In this document: piece by piece, positions 27,758-37,001 of the stretch
Layout of the letters: each line of letters begins with the position of its first letter
Position numbering within the stretch: position 1 is the stretch's first letter
Virus record (IMG/VR): IMGVR_UViG_3300035703_000046
Span: 1 to 64,000 of that record
Reading direction: 5' to 3' (one strand)
DNA: 64,000 nt
From: a virus
Position numbers and translations under genes: made by a program
Notes under the pieces: generated by a model
Database searches by the model: none
Seen by the model: only the letters and a program-made list of their open reading frames with translations
What the model was told of the DNA's origin: nothing

Positions 27758-29410
27758 TCATATTGCTGTTGTTGGTTTCGTTGAGACCGGAGCTGCTGGT
27801 GCGGCTGGAGAAGTTGGTAAATTAACTGGCTGAGCAAGATCTTCCTCTACTTCAATTACTGGTTTTTCTACCTTTGTTTGTTCATCTAATTTTCTTTGTT
27901 GTTTTCTTGCTTTTTCTTTATTTTCCTGATCTTCAAGAGAAGACCTTACGCCTTCTAAATCAACTGCAGAGGGGCTGGTTGAAGTTTCTTTCCCTAACAA
28001 ATCTAATTCTTGCTCTTTTGGATTTTTAATAGATCCCTTTAATTTGGAAAGAACTTCCTCAATACGTGTTAAGGCGTATTGATTGCTTTCTAAGCTTTTA
28101 GATGAGGCTTCTGCTAGACCTGGGAAGAAAGAACTTAGATTTAATTGATCCATCATAAGATCAATAATAGCCAATTGTCTTGGAATCTCTCTAGTTCTAA
28201 ATAAATTAACCAATGTATCCAGTCTTTCAATTACATCCGTAATTGTTATTCCGGATAATGCATTTTCTAATAAATCATCTGTTTTTTTATGAACTAAAGT
28301 ATCTGCACTTTCTTGAGGTTCATCAACAATTTCAATTTCAGCTTTTGGAACAGCTATAGGCTTTGCAGGCACTGTCCCTGCTGCTGGTACAGGGCTTAAT
28401 TCTGGAGAAGGAGCTAGTGCTGGCTCTGGCGCAGGAGCAGCCAAAGGGTCTAAGGCTTGAGCCATAACCACCATATTTTCAGAAATAGGATCGGTTCCTT
28501 CCAGCATGTCTACGATATCATTGAAGTCAGGATCGAATTCCTCAACTTGTATCGCAAAATTATCATCTGAATTTTCATCATCAATAGCGTTTTGATCACC
28601 AAAACCACTTCCAAGTAATGATTTTGAAACTTCTGCCAAAGGATCTTTTGCAGGTTCTGCGGGAGGACCACCAGGACCAGGGGGAAGGGGAGTAATCCCC
28701 GGTGGAGGAGGCACCGCATCCATTCCAGGTTCAAGCGGAGGAGGTGGAGGAACTGGATCTTGAGCAATTTTAATTAATTCTCTTGCTGTTTTAGGAAATC
28801 CTTTATGAGCTAATATATTAGCTTCTTTTATAATTAAGTCCTCTAAAATTGTTGAACTAGCATGTTTAATTGGAGCAACTTGAACTAATCGTTTTACTCT
28901 TTGCAATTCTTCTAGCCATTTATGAATTCCAACATCTAATCTTTTAGACAACTCTCTTTGGACATCTGGATCTGTTGCTAATTTTTCAGCAGACATTAAT
29001 CTGCTAATAATAGATTTAATTTTTTTATTAATTTTAAATTGAGGATCGTCTTCTTCTGGTAATTTAATATTGGGCTTTAATTCATTTAAAGCAGGTGGCT
29101 TGTTAGGTGCGATTACGCCAGGTGCAACTGCTAAATAATTTGAATCAACCATGCCAGGTAAAAACTGAGCTGTTTTATATGAATTTTGATTATTGCCTTG
29201 GTAATATTTTACCCAATGATTGAAATCATTCTTTTCCATGCTATCCCAATTTTGTGTTAATTGTTCGCGGGTTTTTGAAATATCATAGCCTTGATTTGCA
29301 TATAAATACATGGTTTCTAAAGTTTTAACCCATTTATTTATGTCATAAGACTCAATATAATCAACAGAGTAACCTTGAGGATATGCTGTTTTATTGATTT
29401 TATTACTCAT
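27758..29410 (-). CDS. Pro-rich putative prohead core protein with multiple KxA sites
   Basis: INKTA|Y, YKTA|Q, IKHA|S, IKEA|N, LIKIA|Q; tag EANILAHKGFPKTAREL. Confidence 0.55.
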   Translation of the reverse strand: MSNKINKTAYPQGYSVDYIESYDINKWVKTLETMYLYANQGYDISKTREQLTQNWDSMEKNDFNHWVKYYQGNNQNSYKTAQFLPGMVDSNYLAVAPGVIAPNKPPALNELKPNIKLPEEDDPQFKINKKIKSIISRLMSAEKLATDPDVQRELSKRLDVGIHKWLEELQRVKRLVQVAPIKHASSTILEDLIIKEANILAHKGFPKTARELIKIAQDPVPPPPPLEPGMDAVPPPPGITPLPPGPGGPPAEPAKDPLAEVSKSLLGSGFGDQNAIDDENSDDNFAIQVEEFDPDFNDIVDMLEGTDPISENMVVMAQALDPLAAPAPEPALAPSPELSPVPAAGTVPAKPIAVPKAEIEIVDEPQESADTLVHKKTDDLLENALSGITITDVIERLDTLVNLFRTREIPRQLAIIDLMMDQLNLSSFFPGLAEASSKSLESNQYALTRIEEVLSKLKGSIKNPKEQELDLLGKETSTSPSAVDLEGVRSSLEDQENKEKARKQQRKLDEQTKVEKPVIEVEEDLAQPVNLPTSPAAPAAPVSTKPTTAI

Positions 29411-30116
29411 TAGATAATACCTGATATTCTAATTTTTGAATTTCTGCACCAGTAACTTGCTTTACGCCCTCTTCATTATATTGTAATGTTGCTAGTTTTT
29501 CATTTAATTTATCTAAAAAATTAGTTGCAAATGAAGGATCCATCTCTTCCAAGACTTCGTAAATTGCATCCTGTAAAAATGTAGTTCTTTTATCAATATA
29601 ATCTACAGTATGATTGTGTTGAATAATCATATCTGGAGCTAAATTAATTGTTTTATTATATGTTTCTAATAATTTTAGATAATGCTCAAAATATTTAATT
29701 AATACGTGATCTCCCCTAGTAGCATTGGGATTGTCTTGAATAGAATCAAATACTTGTTCCATTCTATCGCGAACAAGCAATTCCATTTTATTAAGTCTAT
29801 CTTTGATATCTACTTTTTCATCAAGTAAATTATCAACTCTTTGCTTCCAGGTTTTATTATTTTTTAGTGAGCTTAATGCTTTTTCATCTCCAGTTTGAGC
29901 TGCTTGCAATTCAGAATTTAAATGTTTTTCATAATTTACAAAATCGCTTTTTATAAATTGCTCAAGAATTTTTTGACTTAATCTTAAGTGATTTTCGTCT
30001 TTGTCATTAAACAATGTTTTAAGCCAAGCAGAAATTTCTTTTGCAGAAATACCACTTAAAATTTTAGAAACTATTTCATTTCTTTTAGGATGATTTAATA
30101 TTGGAGAAAAGTCCAT
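29403..30116 (-). CDS. HTH protein, candidate terminase small subunit
   Basis: HPKRNEIVSKILSGISAKEISAWL HTH followed by coiled coil; lies in the head module. Function is inferred. Confidence 0.4.
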   Translation of the reverse strand: MDFSPILNHPKRNEIVSKILSGISAKEISAWLKTLFNDKDENHLRLSQKILEQFIKSDFVNYEKHLNSELQAAQTGDEKALSSLKNNKTWKQRVDNLLDEKVDIKDRLNKMELLVRDRMEQVFDSIQDNPNATRGDHVLIKYFEHYLKLLETYNKTINLAPDMIIQHNHTVDYIDKRTTFLQDAIYEVLEEMDPSFATNFLDKLNEKLATLQYNEEGVKQVTGAEIQKLEYQVLSNE

Positions 30117-30131
30117 GTAACCTCAAATTAA

Positions 30132-30160
30132 AAAGCGGGATTCAAAATTGATCCCGCTTT
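30132..30160 (-). terminator. Rho-independent terminator
   Basis: AAAGCGGGAT/ATCCCGCTTT stem with a T tract on the minus strand. Confidence 0.75.
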
Positions 30161-30181
30161 ATAATATATCTATTCAAGTGA

Positions 30182-30952
30182 TTATTTTTTAGAATTAAAG
30201 CTCATTGGAACATTAACATAGGCATTATATGCTGTTTGAGATTGCAAAGAAATATCTCCACCAGGAACTTTATTTCCTTTTAAAGTAGTGAATCCATGTT
30301 TATAATCATAAGTTTTTTTATCTAAAGAGCATTGATAAACATCATCAGAAACTCTGATTAGTTGGTGCCCAGGATGATCAATGCAAGATCTTGTTTTTAA
30401 AGGAGCCTCTAAAGGCTTATATTCTTTTATATTTTTGTCTACTACTTTTGCAATTTCGTCAGCTTTAAAAGAAACTTTAACTTGCTCTGAATTTTCGGAT
30501 TTGTTATTTAAATTTTTTTTTATTTCAGAAATTTTTGCTTCGTAAGCTCTTTTTTCTTCTTCTCTTGCTTCTGGAACTGCGAAAGTTAAAAGAACTTGAT
30601 CAAGGACAGAAGCCTGTCTGCGAAGAAGGTTATCGCTTGATTTGGAAAACTCTTCTGCTAAAGCGGCAACGGCTTCCAAATCTTTAGGAGTAACTTCTTC
30701 TTTTTCTTCTACTTCGCCCAATTCTTCTTTTTTAGATTTGCAGAATTCTTCAAATTCTTTTCGCTCTTCTTCTCCGAGCTTGTATGAATTAGATTTGCAA
30801 ATATTATCAATAGCTGTTGCGCAACCAATAAAACACCCGGCTACAGTTTGTAGCATATCGGGACTTACTTGGTCTGCCAAATCGAGAACTTCATGATCTC
30901 GATTTAAAAACATGCAACGTAACTCTTCAAGTTTTTTTAATAGTTCTAACAT
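30182..30952 (-). CDS. Hypothetical protein with a C-terminal C/H metal site
   Basis: Start revised to MLELL (TGATG overlap); CIDHPGH...YQC; tag-like LAEEFSKS..QASVLDQVL. Confidence 0.65.
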   Translation of the reverse strand: MLELLKKLEELRCMFLNRDHEVLDLADQVSPDMLQTVAGCFIGCATAIDNICKSNSYKLGEEERKEFEEFCKSKKEELGEVEEKEEVTPKDLEAVAALAEEFSKSSDNLLRRQASVLDQVLLTFAVPEAREEEKRAYEAKISEIKKNLNNKSENSEQVKVSFKADEIAKVVDKNIKEYKPLEAPLKTRSCIDHPGHQLIRVSDDVYQCSLDKKTYDYKHGFTTLKGNKVPGGDISLQSQTAYNAYVNVPMSFNSKK

Positions 30953-32571
30953 CAGCAGTTCCAATATACTTTTGAGGTTACAAAGTGAGCTGATTCTGTA
31001 CCGTCTTCCATTCCTTTACGGTGAAGCGGGCGGCACTGACCAAATTTATCTTGGTACACTTTGCCTACTGGAAGACCGGTATGGCTGCAAATTAAACTTG
31101 AACTATTTGCAGTCTTTATCGTATGTGAGCATCCAGAAGATGCCTGCTTATGAAGATTAAATTCACCTTTAAGGGCTTGTTTATAAATGGCAAATGCCAT
31201 GTTGTAGAAGTGAGCGTCTCCAGCTTCACGTAGAATATGAAGAGCATCTTCTGCTTTTTCAAAGTTCTCTTCTTGTAATGCTGAGGCAAGACTTAAAAAT
31301 AACTCTTGTGGTTTTAAATCATAAAGAGGAGAAGCCATTGCCATAGCGGAAAGATCATTTGTTTCATTGATAATTTCAGAAATTCCCTCTGATGAGAATT
31401 CTTTAATTGCATCTTCTGCTACAACAGTTCTTGGCAATAATACGTTTGTTTGAGAGATTTTAACGGGTACTTTAAATCCTCTGCGACCATCAATAGAGGC
31501 GGCATAAACGATTCCATCTTTGTCAGATGAAGCTACTCCTACCTGAGCCTTATATCCAAACGATGCTAGTTTTCTAACAATCATTTCTCTGCCAGTGGCT
31601 ACCACTTTTTTACCATGATATAATTCAGCTTCACCAGCCTTGGAAGATAATCTCTCTCCAAGAGATTTGTACTCTTCTGGGACCTCGAATTGAGGCATAG
31701 CAACATCGGAAACTTCATTTCCTACATTGGGATTGTACAAAAGAACCCCTGGGGCGTCTAAAGAAACGCTATCGCCAGAAGCCGTTTTCATTCTAAATAA
31801 AGCTAACTCTACTTCGGATAATGGCTCGGCGGTTTTAGAAACAAAATTTAATACTTGTTCCGCATTAACCTGCATTAATTTACCTGCGTTTTTAACAAGG
31901 TAATCATCTAATAGAGATGCCGTTAGTTCAACAATTCCTTCTGGAGTAACAAAGGAAGATGGAATTGCAGGCTCACTGTCTACAATCTCTACTGGTAATA
32001 GGACTGAAGTTTCGCCTCGTGGAGTTTCAAAAGAAGCTCTACAAACAAGCCAAGTATCGTTTCCAGCAACCACTTGTGCGAGCTTTGGATTTGCACCAAC
32101 AGAGCGTAAAGCGTATGCGGTATTTCTTTCGGCAGAACTTGCTGCTGTCTTAGAGTAAGTTTTAACTACAGCATTTTTGCCATCGTTGAATAATGAAGAT
32201 AATGTTTCAACTAAATTTGAATCTACATCTTTATGAGCAATAGATAATAAATCTTCACCTTCTCTGAAATCTTTTTTAATTTCTGGAGCTTTTTCCTGAG
32301 CGCCAAGCTCTTCTGCAAAGTAAGAAGCAAACTTGTTATTATTGCTATATAAAGTGTTGTATATTTTCTTTAATTCAAAACGAGAAATCATTGGTTGGGA
32401 GCTAGCTTTTTTATTTAAAAAGTTGCACATCCCAACGATTGTGGCGTCATATGGAAAAACCTCTGCAAGTTTTTCAGCTTTTTTAGCTAAAACACCAGTG
32501 AAGAAGCTTTCTTGTTCTTTGACTGCTTCTGCCGCTTTTAAAATAACGTTATTTAATTGATTAAAATCCAT
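30952..32571 (-). CDS. Putative head protein with an internally duplicated alpha/beta domain and many KxA sites
   Basis: Two related repeats; KKA|S, KTA|A, KNA|G, KTA|S, KQA|S; C-terminal C..C.H..C. Confidence 0.55.
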   Translation of the reverse strand: MDFNQLNNVILKAAEAVKEQESFFTGVLAKKAEKLAEVFPYDATIVGMCNFLNKKASSQPMISRFELKKIYNTLYSNNNKFASYFAEELGAQEKAPEIKKDFREGEDLLSIAHKDVDSNLVETLSSLFNDGKNAVVKTYSKTAASSAERNTAYALRSVGANPKLAQVVAGNDTWLVCRASFETPRGETSVLLPVEIVDSEPAIPSSFVTPEGIVELTASLLDDYLVKNAGKLMQVNAEQVLNFVSKTAEPLSEVELALFRMKTASGDSVSLDAPGVLLYNPNVGNEVSDVAMPQFEVPEEYKSLGERLSSKAGEAELYHGKKVVATGREMIVRKLASFGYKAQVGVASSDKDGIVYAASIDGRRGFKVPVKISQTNVLLPRTVVAEDAIKEFSSEGISEIINETNDLSAMAMASPLYDLKPQELFLSLASALQEENFEKAEDALHILREAGDAHFYNMAFAIYKQALKGEFNLHKQASSGCSHTIKTANSSSLICSHTGLPVGKVYQDKFGQCRPLHRKGMEDGTESAHFVTSKVYWNC

Positions 32572-32586
32572 TTATGTTCCTAAATT

Positions 32587-33063
32587 TCATGCAAGTTCAG
32601 GATACTTTTTGTATAATTCTTGACGTTCAGACTCAGATAATTGATTTAAAAGTCCTCTAACTAATCTCGAATTATTAGCTAGTTTATTTGGAAGATATGA
32701 AGGAACCAAATTTACTTCATCTTCAGGCACTCCTAAATCCTGAGCAGCAAGTCTAATTATAGGCTCATTTTTATAAAAAACATGCAAGTCATTTTGTTTA
32801 GAAAGTAAAACTTTCCAATTGCTTTTGGTAGAAGCAGTCTTTTCTAATTGCTCTTCATCATAAAGGGCAATTATGCATTCGCCTTCAGAGGTCTTATCTA
32901 CTCGCCACAAACCTTCAATATCTGAGCCGTCAATAAAGCGAACAATATCAAATGCTACTTTACGGATTTTGTGTTGCACATCGGCTAATTTATAAACTTT
33001 TTGCTCAGATTTATTAATACTTTTTTCTAAGCTTGAATAATCTATTGAAGATTTGGACATCAT
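32587..33063 (-). CDS. Hypothetical head-associated protein
   Basis: SD AGGAG; IRKVA|F, LEKTA|S. Confidence 0.65.
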   Translation of the reverse strand: MMSKSSIDYSSLEKSINKSEQKVYKLADVQHKIRKVAFDIVRFIDGSDIEGLWRVDKTSEGECIIALYDEEQLEKTASTKSNWKVLLSKQNDLHVFYKNEPIIRLAAQDLGVPEDEVNLVPSYLPNKLANNSRLVRGLLNQLSESERQELYKKYPELA

Positions 33064-33133
33064 TCTCTCCTGATCATATAAAAAAATATAGCTATTATTA
33101 TGTTTAAGAATTAATAGATAATTATTATATATT

Positions 33134-33607
33134 TTAAAAACCCTCTAACTCTTCTTTTATTTCCGCTATTCTAGCTAGAATTTTCTGTATTTTAGGGTCT
33201 TTATCTACTAATTTTTTGATTCTTTTATTAGCTCCGCCATAAGATTTTTTATTTTTCTTTCCATCTTTTTTACCATAATCGGTATTTCCGTGAACGGACT
33301 TGGTAACAGAAGACTGGTTTACATTTAATATTTTAGCTACATCAATTTGAGTCATTCCTGTAGCCAATAATTTTAAAACTTGTTGCTGTCTTGGAGTTAA
33401 ATTAGTTTCTACAATTCTCCAATACTCTTCTCTTAATTGATCGTTTAATTCTTTTAGCTCTTCTTTATAAATTGCATCATTCATAACTCCCGCAAAGCCT
33501 TGAGAGTCTGAAAAATCAGATAAAGTATCAGAGTCAAATGGGGTTTCCATAATCACCCATTGATAACTATTGCTTCTATTTGTTGAAAAATCTCTTCGGC
33601 GGGACAT
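33134..33607 (-). CDS. Sigma-70 region 4/LuxR-like HTH transcription regulator
   Basis: LTPRQQQVLKLLATGMTQIDVAKILNVNQSSV. Confidence 0.7.
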   Translation of the reverse strand: MSRRRDFSTNRSNSYQWVIMETPFDSDTLSDFSDSQGFAGVMNDAIYKEELKELNDQLREEYWRIVETNLTPRQQQVLKLLATGMTQIDVAKILNVNQSSVTKSVHGNTDYGKKDGKKNKKSYGGANKRIKKLVDKDPKIQKILARIAEIKEELEGF

Positions 33608-33614
33608 ACTTACC

Positions 33615-34412
33615 TTATATGTTAGCTAAAAAATTTAAATTATTATTTGATTTAATATGATCATCTATATCTTTTACATTGCTGGGTAAAGATAATTTAA
33701 TTATATTAGTTTTATCTTTGAATTTATTTTGAAGCTTTCTTATTCCCTCTTGTCCTCGCTCGTCGTTATCCAGCAAAGCATAAATCCTTAATTTCTCTCC
33801 GCCGTATTTTTTCAATAAATAGTATTGATAATAATGTAAATCCAGCCCGCCCAAAGCCACCGAATTATAAATTCCATGAGATTGAAGTTGAATACAGTCC
33901 AATTGACCTTCAACTAAAATTACAGATTTATAATTGGCAATTGATTCTTTTGCTTTGTTTAAACCAAATAAAATATGACTTTTGCTAAAAAAAGTATATT
34001 TATATTTATCCAAGCCTTTGGACTTATATTCTTTTTCTGAAAGCAAAGTCCTTCCAATTAGACCCACTATATTATCATACTCGTCTTGAATAGGAAAAAT
34101 TAAACTATGATTTTCAAAAAAGCTATTTGTAACAATGGTATTAAAATTATCTTTTAAATTTTTTTGAAAAATTAATTTTACAGATTTTAAATCTTCAATA
34201 TTAACGTTTAATTGGCTAATATTATTAGAATTAGGAAAATATCCAAATTTATAATTTTTAATAATTTTATCACTTACTCTACTTTTAATATAAGTAAAAG
34301 CATCTTTTCCACTTTCTGATTTTAAAAGCTCAGAAGAGCTAGCTATTACTTTTTGTAAAGTATTATTTGTTGATAAATAATTATTTATAAAATTATTAGT
34401 ATTCATTTTCAT
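33615..34412 (-). CDS. dnaG: DNA primase catalytic core (TOPRIM), lacking the zinc-binding domain
   Basis: FGYFP..LIFPI..GLIGR..KYKY..LFGL..LVEGQLD..ALGG..LLDNDERG..KDIDD; no CHC2 finger. Confidence 0.88.
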   Translation of the reverse strand: MKMNTNNFINNYLSTNNTLQKVIASSSELLKSESGKDAFTYIKSRVSDKIIKNYKFGYFPNSNNISQLNVNIEDLKSVKLIFQKNLKDNFNTIVTNSFFENHSLIFPIQDEYDNIVGLIGRTLLSEKEYKSKGLDKYKYTFFSKSHILFGLNKAKESIANYKSVILVEGQLDCIQLQSHGIYNSVALGGLDLHYYQYYLLKKYGGEKLRIYALLDNDERGQEGIRKLQNKFKDKTNIIKLSLPSNVKDIDDHIKSNNNLNFLANI

Positions 34413-34735
34413 TTAGACATGTTTGCAATGAACATGTTCTTAAAATGAGAAGTGACCCTGTGCGGCTCTCGACACTCTGGACAACATAATGCATCTTTCA
34501 CCAAGAGTGGAGTCATTTTTTTACGACAATTACCACACTCCAGTGCATACGAAGAAACTGACTTCTTAACAGACCTAAATTTCTTCATTGAAAATAGGCT
34601 TTGCTTTACAAAATTAGTAACATTTGTCATTTCGCAATCACAGTCACTGCAATAAGCTTGCCTAGTATCCTTATCAACTACTACATCGGTTACTTTTTTA
34701 CAATCTTTATTTGGGCATTGTAATAAAAAACTCAT
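34409..34735 (-). CDS. Double zinc-ribbon protein
   Basis: CPNKDC, CSDC, CGNC, CPEC. Confidence 0.75.
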   Translation of the reverse strand: MSFLLQCPNKDCKKVTDVVVDKDTRQAYCSDCDCEMTNVTNFVKQSLFSMKKFRSVKKSVSSYALECGNCRKKMTPLLVKDALCCPECREPHRVTSHFKNMFIANMSK

Positions 34736-35580
34736 TTGACATCTTTCTCTAGAAATTTAATTAGATCACTAATATTTTCAGGATAATTTACAATTATAAT
34801 TACATTATAATTTCCTGAATTTGGAAGCTTGTTTTTCACTATAACTACGTCATTGTTCTTTGAAGAAGATTTAATATCAATTTCATGTTTCCCATCAAAA
34901 AGATCCACTGATATTTTGCCACCACGTAATGCTTCTAATAAAGAAATATGCTTTCTGACATAAATATCATTTCCCTGACGAGAGAAATTTGGGTCATCAT
35001 CTATTAGAATAACAAATGAAAATTTATAATTTTTTCCAGAAATTTGTCTATCAAGTACTACCGTAGAGTTGTGTTGTATTCCCGGAACTAGTGTCAAATT
35101 CCAGTTTCCGGATTTTTTATTTTGCTTCGTATTATTGCATACTTTGCAATCAGTTTTATCTTTTGGACACTGAGAGCATGATTCTACCCAATCAACTGAA
35201 GTTTTTACCGAACAACCCAGGATAGCGTCTTTTAAAGGTATTTTAATAGTTTTAGCTGGTACTTGGTAAAAATTCATTTGGATTTGTCTCTTAAAAAGCT
35301 CTTCTACATTAAAAGTTCTAAAATTAGAATTTCCAAAATTTACCCTGATAGTTTTGTGCTTTCCTGGATTAACGGGATTATTAATTGGTCTATTCCAATT
35401 TTTTGGTTCTTTTAAAAAACTATGTGCTTCAGAAATTTCTTTAGATTTCTTTTCCGCATCAGGAGACTTATTAACGTCTGGGTGGTACTTAGCGGCTAAT
35501 TTTCTGAATTGCTTTTTTAAATCTTCTTCAGTAAACCCCTCTTTCAGCTCTAATAATAAAAGGGCTTTTTTGAAATTCAT
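34732..35580 (-). CDS. dnaJ: DnaJ-like co-chaperone
   Basis: J-domain with HPD; reduced zinc region CSQC..CKVC; C-terminal RQGNDI..ISLLEALRGG. Confidence 0.88.
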   Translation of the reverse strand: MNFKKALLLLELKEGFTEEDLKKQFRKLAAKYHPDVNKSPDAEKKSKEISEAHSFLKEPKNWNRPINNPVNPGKHKTIRVNFGNSNFRTFNVEELFKRQIQMNFYQVPAKTIKIPLKDAILGCSVKTSVDWVESCSQCPKDKTDCKVCNNTKQNKKSGNWNLTLVPGIQHNSTVVLDRQISGKNYKFSFVILIDDDPNFSRQGNDIYVRKHISLLEALRGGKISVDLFDGKHEIDIKSSSKNNDVVIVKNKLPNSGNYNVIIIVNYPENISDLIKFLEKDVK

Positions 35581-36182
35581 GGCAGTTTACTCTTTTTCTT
35601 TTTTTTCTTTTTCTCTTTTTTGATCCCGGATTCTTTTTCTAATGGAAAAGATCCGCCATTATTTATGGTTAAACATGCATATGCCAATGCCACAGCAATC
35701 CCGTCTGCAACGTCATAATTTTCCACAATAGGCTTGTTGTTTTTATTATAAACCCATGGAAATTGAATATTTAACTTACTAGCTACGGTCTCTGGAATCT
35801 TTTCTTTATCTGGAACTTCTCCATTTTTAATCGCATGTCTAATAGTTAAGACATTTAAAAGAGTTGGAGGGGCGTTAATTTTATCATAAACCGCAAGCCC
35901 TACTGTTCTATTTAAAGAAGCTAAGCTGGTAGTAGTTTTAGCCGTGCTCTTGCCTTTCATAAATAAAATAATATCTTCTAAGGCAACGTGATCTGGCTTA
36001 TATTTTTCAATTATTTTTTCAATTGCAGATTTTGTAATTGCTAATCTTTCAATTGGATGACCTTTTTTCGGAGGCTTATAATAGCTAGCAATAACTAAAT
36101 CAAATTTACCATCTAAGGTAAAATCTAAAACGCAAATTCCAATTGTATTTGTACTGGCGTCTAACCCTAAAACTCTTGGCAT
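35577..36182 (-). CDS. ruvC: RuvC-like Holliday junction resolvase
   Basis: VLGLDAS..G; VALED; DVADGIAVA. Confidence 0.8.
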   Translation of the reverse strand: MPRVLGLDASTNTIGICVLDFTLDGKFDLVIASYYKPPKKGHPIERLAITKSAIEKIIEKYKPDHVALEDIILFMKGKSTAKTTTSLASLNRTVGLAVYDKINAPPTLLNVLTIRHAIKNGEVPDKEKIPETVASKLNIQFPWVYNKNNKPIVENYDVADGIAVALAYACLTINNGGSFPLEKESGIKKEKKKKKKKSKLP

Positions 36183-36214
36183 ATTGTGAACCTTATTAAG
36201 GATAATATAACAAA

Positions 36215-36240
36215 AGGGATGCGAAATTAATCACATCCCT
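36215..36240 (-). terminator. Rho-independent terminator after ssb
   Basis: Minus-strand stem AGGGATGTGA/TCGCATCCCT followed by TTTG. Confidence 0.7.
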
Positions 36241-36269
36241 CTTATTATTTTCACAATATGATTGTTTAA

Positions 36270-36980
36270 TCAGTCTACTGATGGAAAATCATCATCGCCA
36301 TCAGCAGATGATTTTTTAACTGTAGCACCTTCAACTGAAATCTTTTTCATGATACGATCCATCTGCTCTTCCACTTGAGCAGGCGTCGGAATTACAAGAT
36401 GACGTGTAAGTGTTTTATCATCCCAGTCAGCCTTAAGAGCCATTTCTTTTTCTGTAAGTGGCTCAGGTGGACCTGATGGAGTTACTGTATAGTAATTGTT
36501 TGGGTCCGCATCGGGATTCTTAACAATATCTACATCGTAACGAAATGGATTTCCCCATTTTTTGTTATCGTTAAGAGTCTTGAGATCTTTGGCAATTGCA
36601 GGGGAAGCATCAAGAAGTTTGATTTTACCAACATCTTTATGATCTGATTTGCCTTCGACATCTTTGACAAGAACTGCCATAAGGAATTTCTGCTTGGGTT
36701 TATTGCCCGCTTTGCAAAGCTGACACGATCCATGAAGCTTAGAGCATTTAACCGTATAGCCCCACTTACTAACTTTTTTAGCATCTACGCCATCACCTTC
36801 TGGCTTCCAATTATGGAAACTGTAAGGAGCTGGAGACGTGAGAACTCGTACAGTATTTACACCTGCTTCTAGTTTGAAATAATCGCTTTCTTTATTATCG
36901 TAATTTTTCTTACCATCTTTGGATGGAAATTTAAGATCGTCCCATGCTACAAAACCGTATGATTGATTTTCTTCTGACAT
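36270..36980 (-). CDS. Single-stranded DNA-binding protein, T4 gp32-like
   Basis: FKL..GVNTVRVL..H..C..CQLC..YDVDI..YTVTP; acidic tail DGDDDFPSVD. Confidence 0.75.
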   Translation of the reverse strand: MSEENQSYGFVAWDDLKFPSKDGKKNYDNKESDYFKLEAGVNTVRVLTSPAPYSFHNWKPEGDGVDAKKVSKWGYTVKCSKLHGSCQLCKAGNKPKQKFLMAVLVKDVEGKSDHKDVGKIKLLDASPAIAKDLKTLNDNKKWGNPFRYDVDIVKNPDADPNNYYTVTPSGPPEPLTEKEMALKADWDDKTLTRHLVIPTPAQVEEQMDRIMKKISVEGATVKKSSADGDDDFPSVD

Positions 36981-37001
36981 AATTATCTCCTTTTTATTTG
37001 T

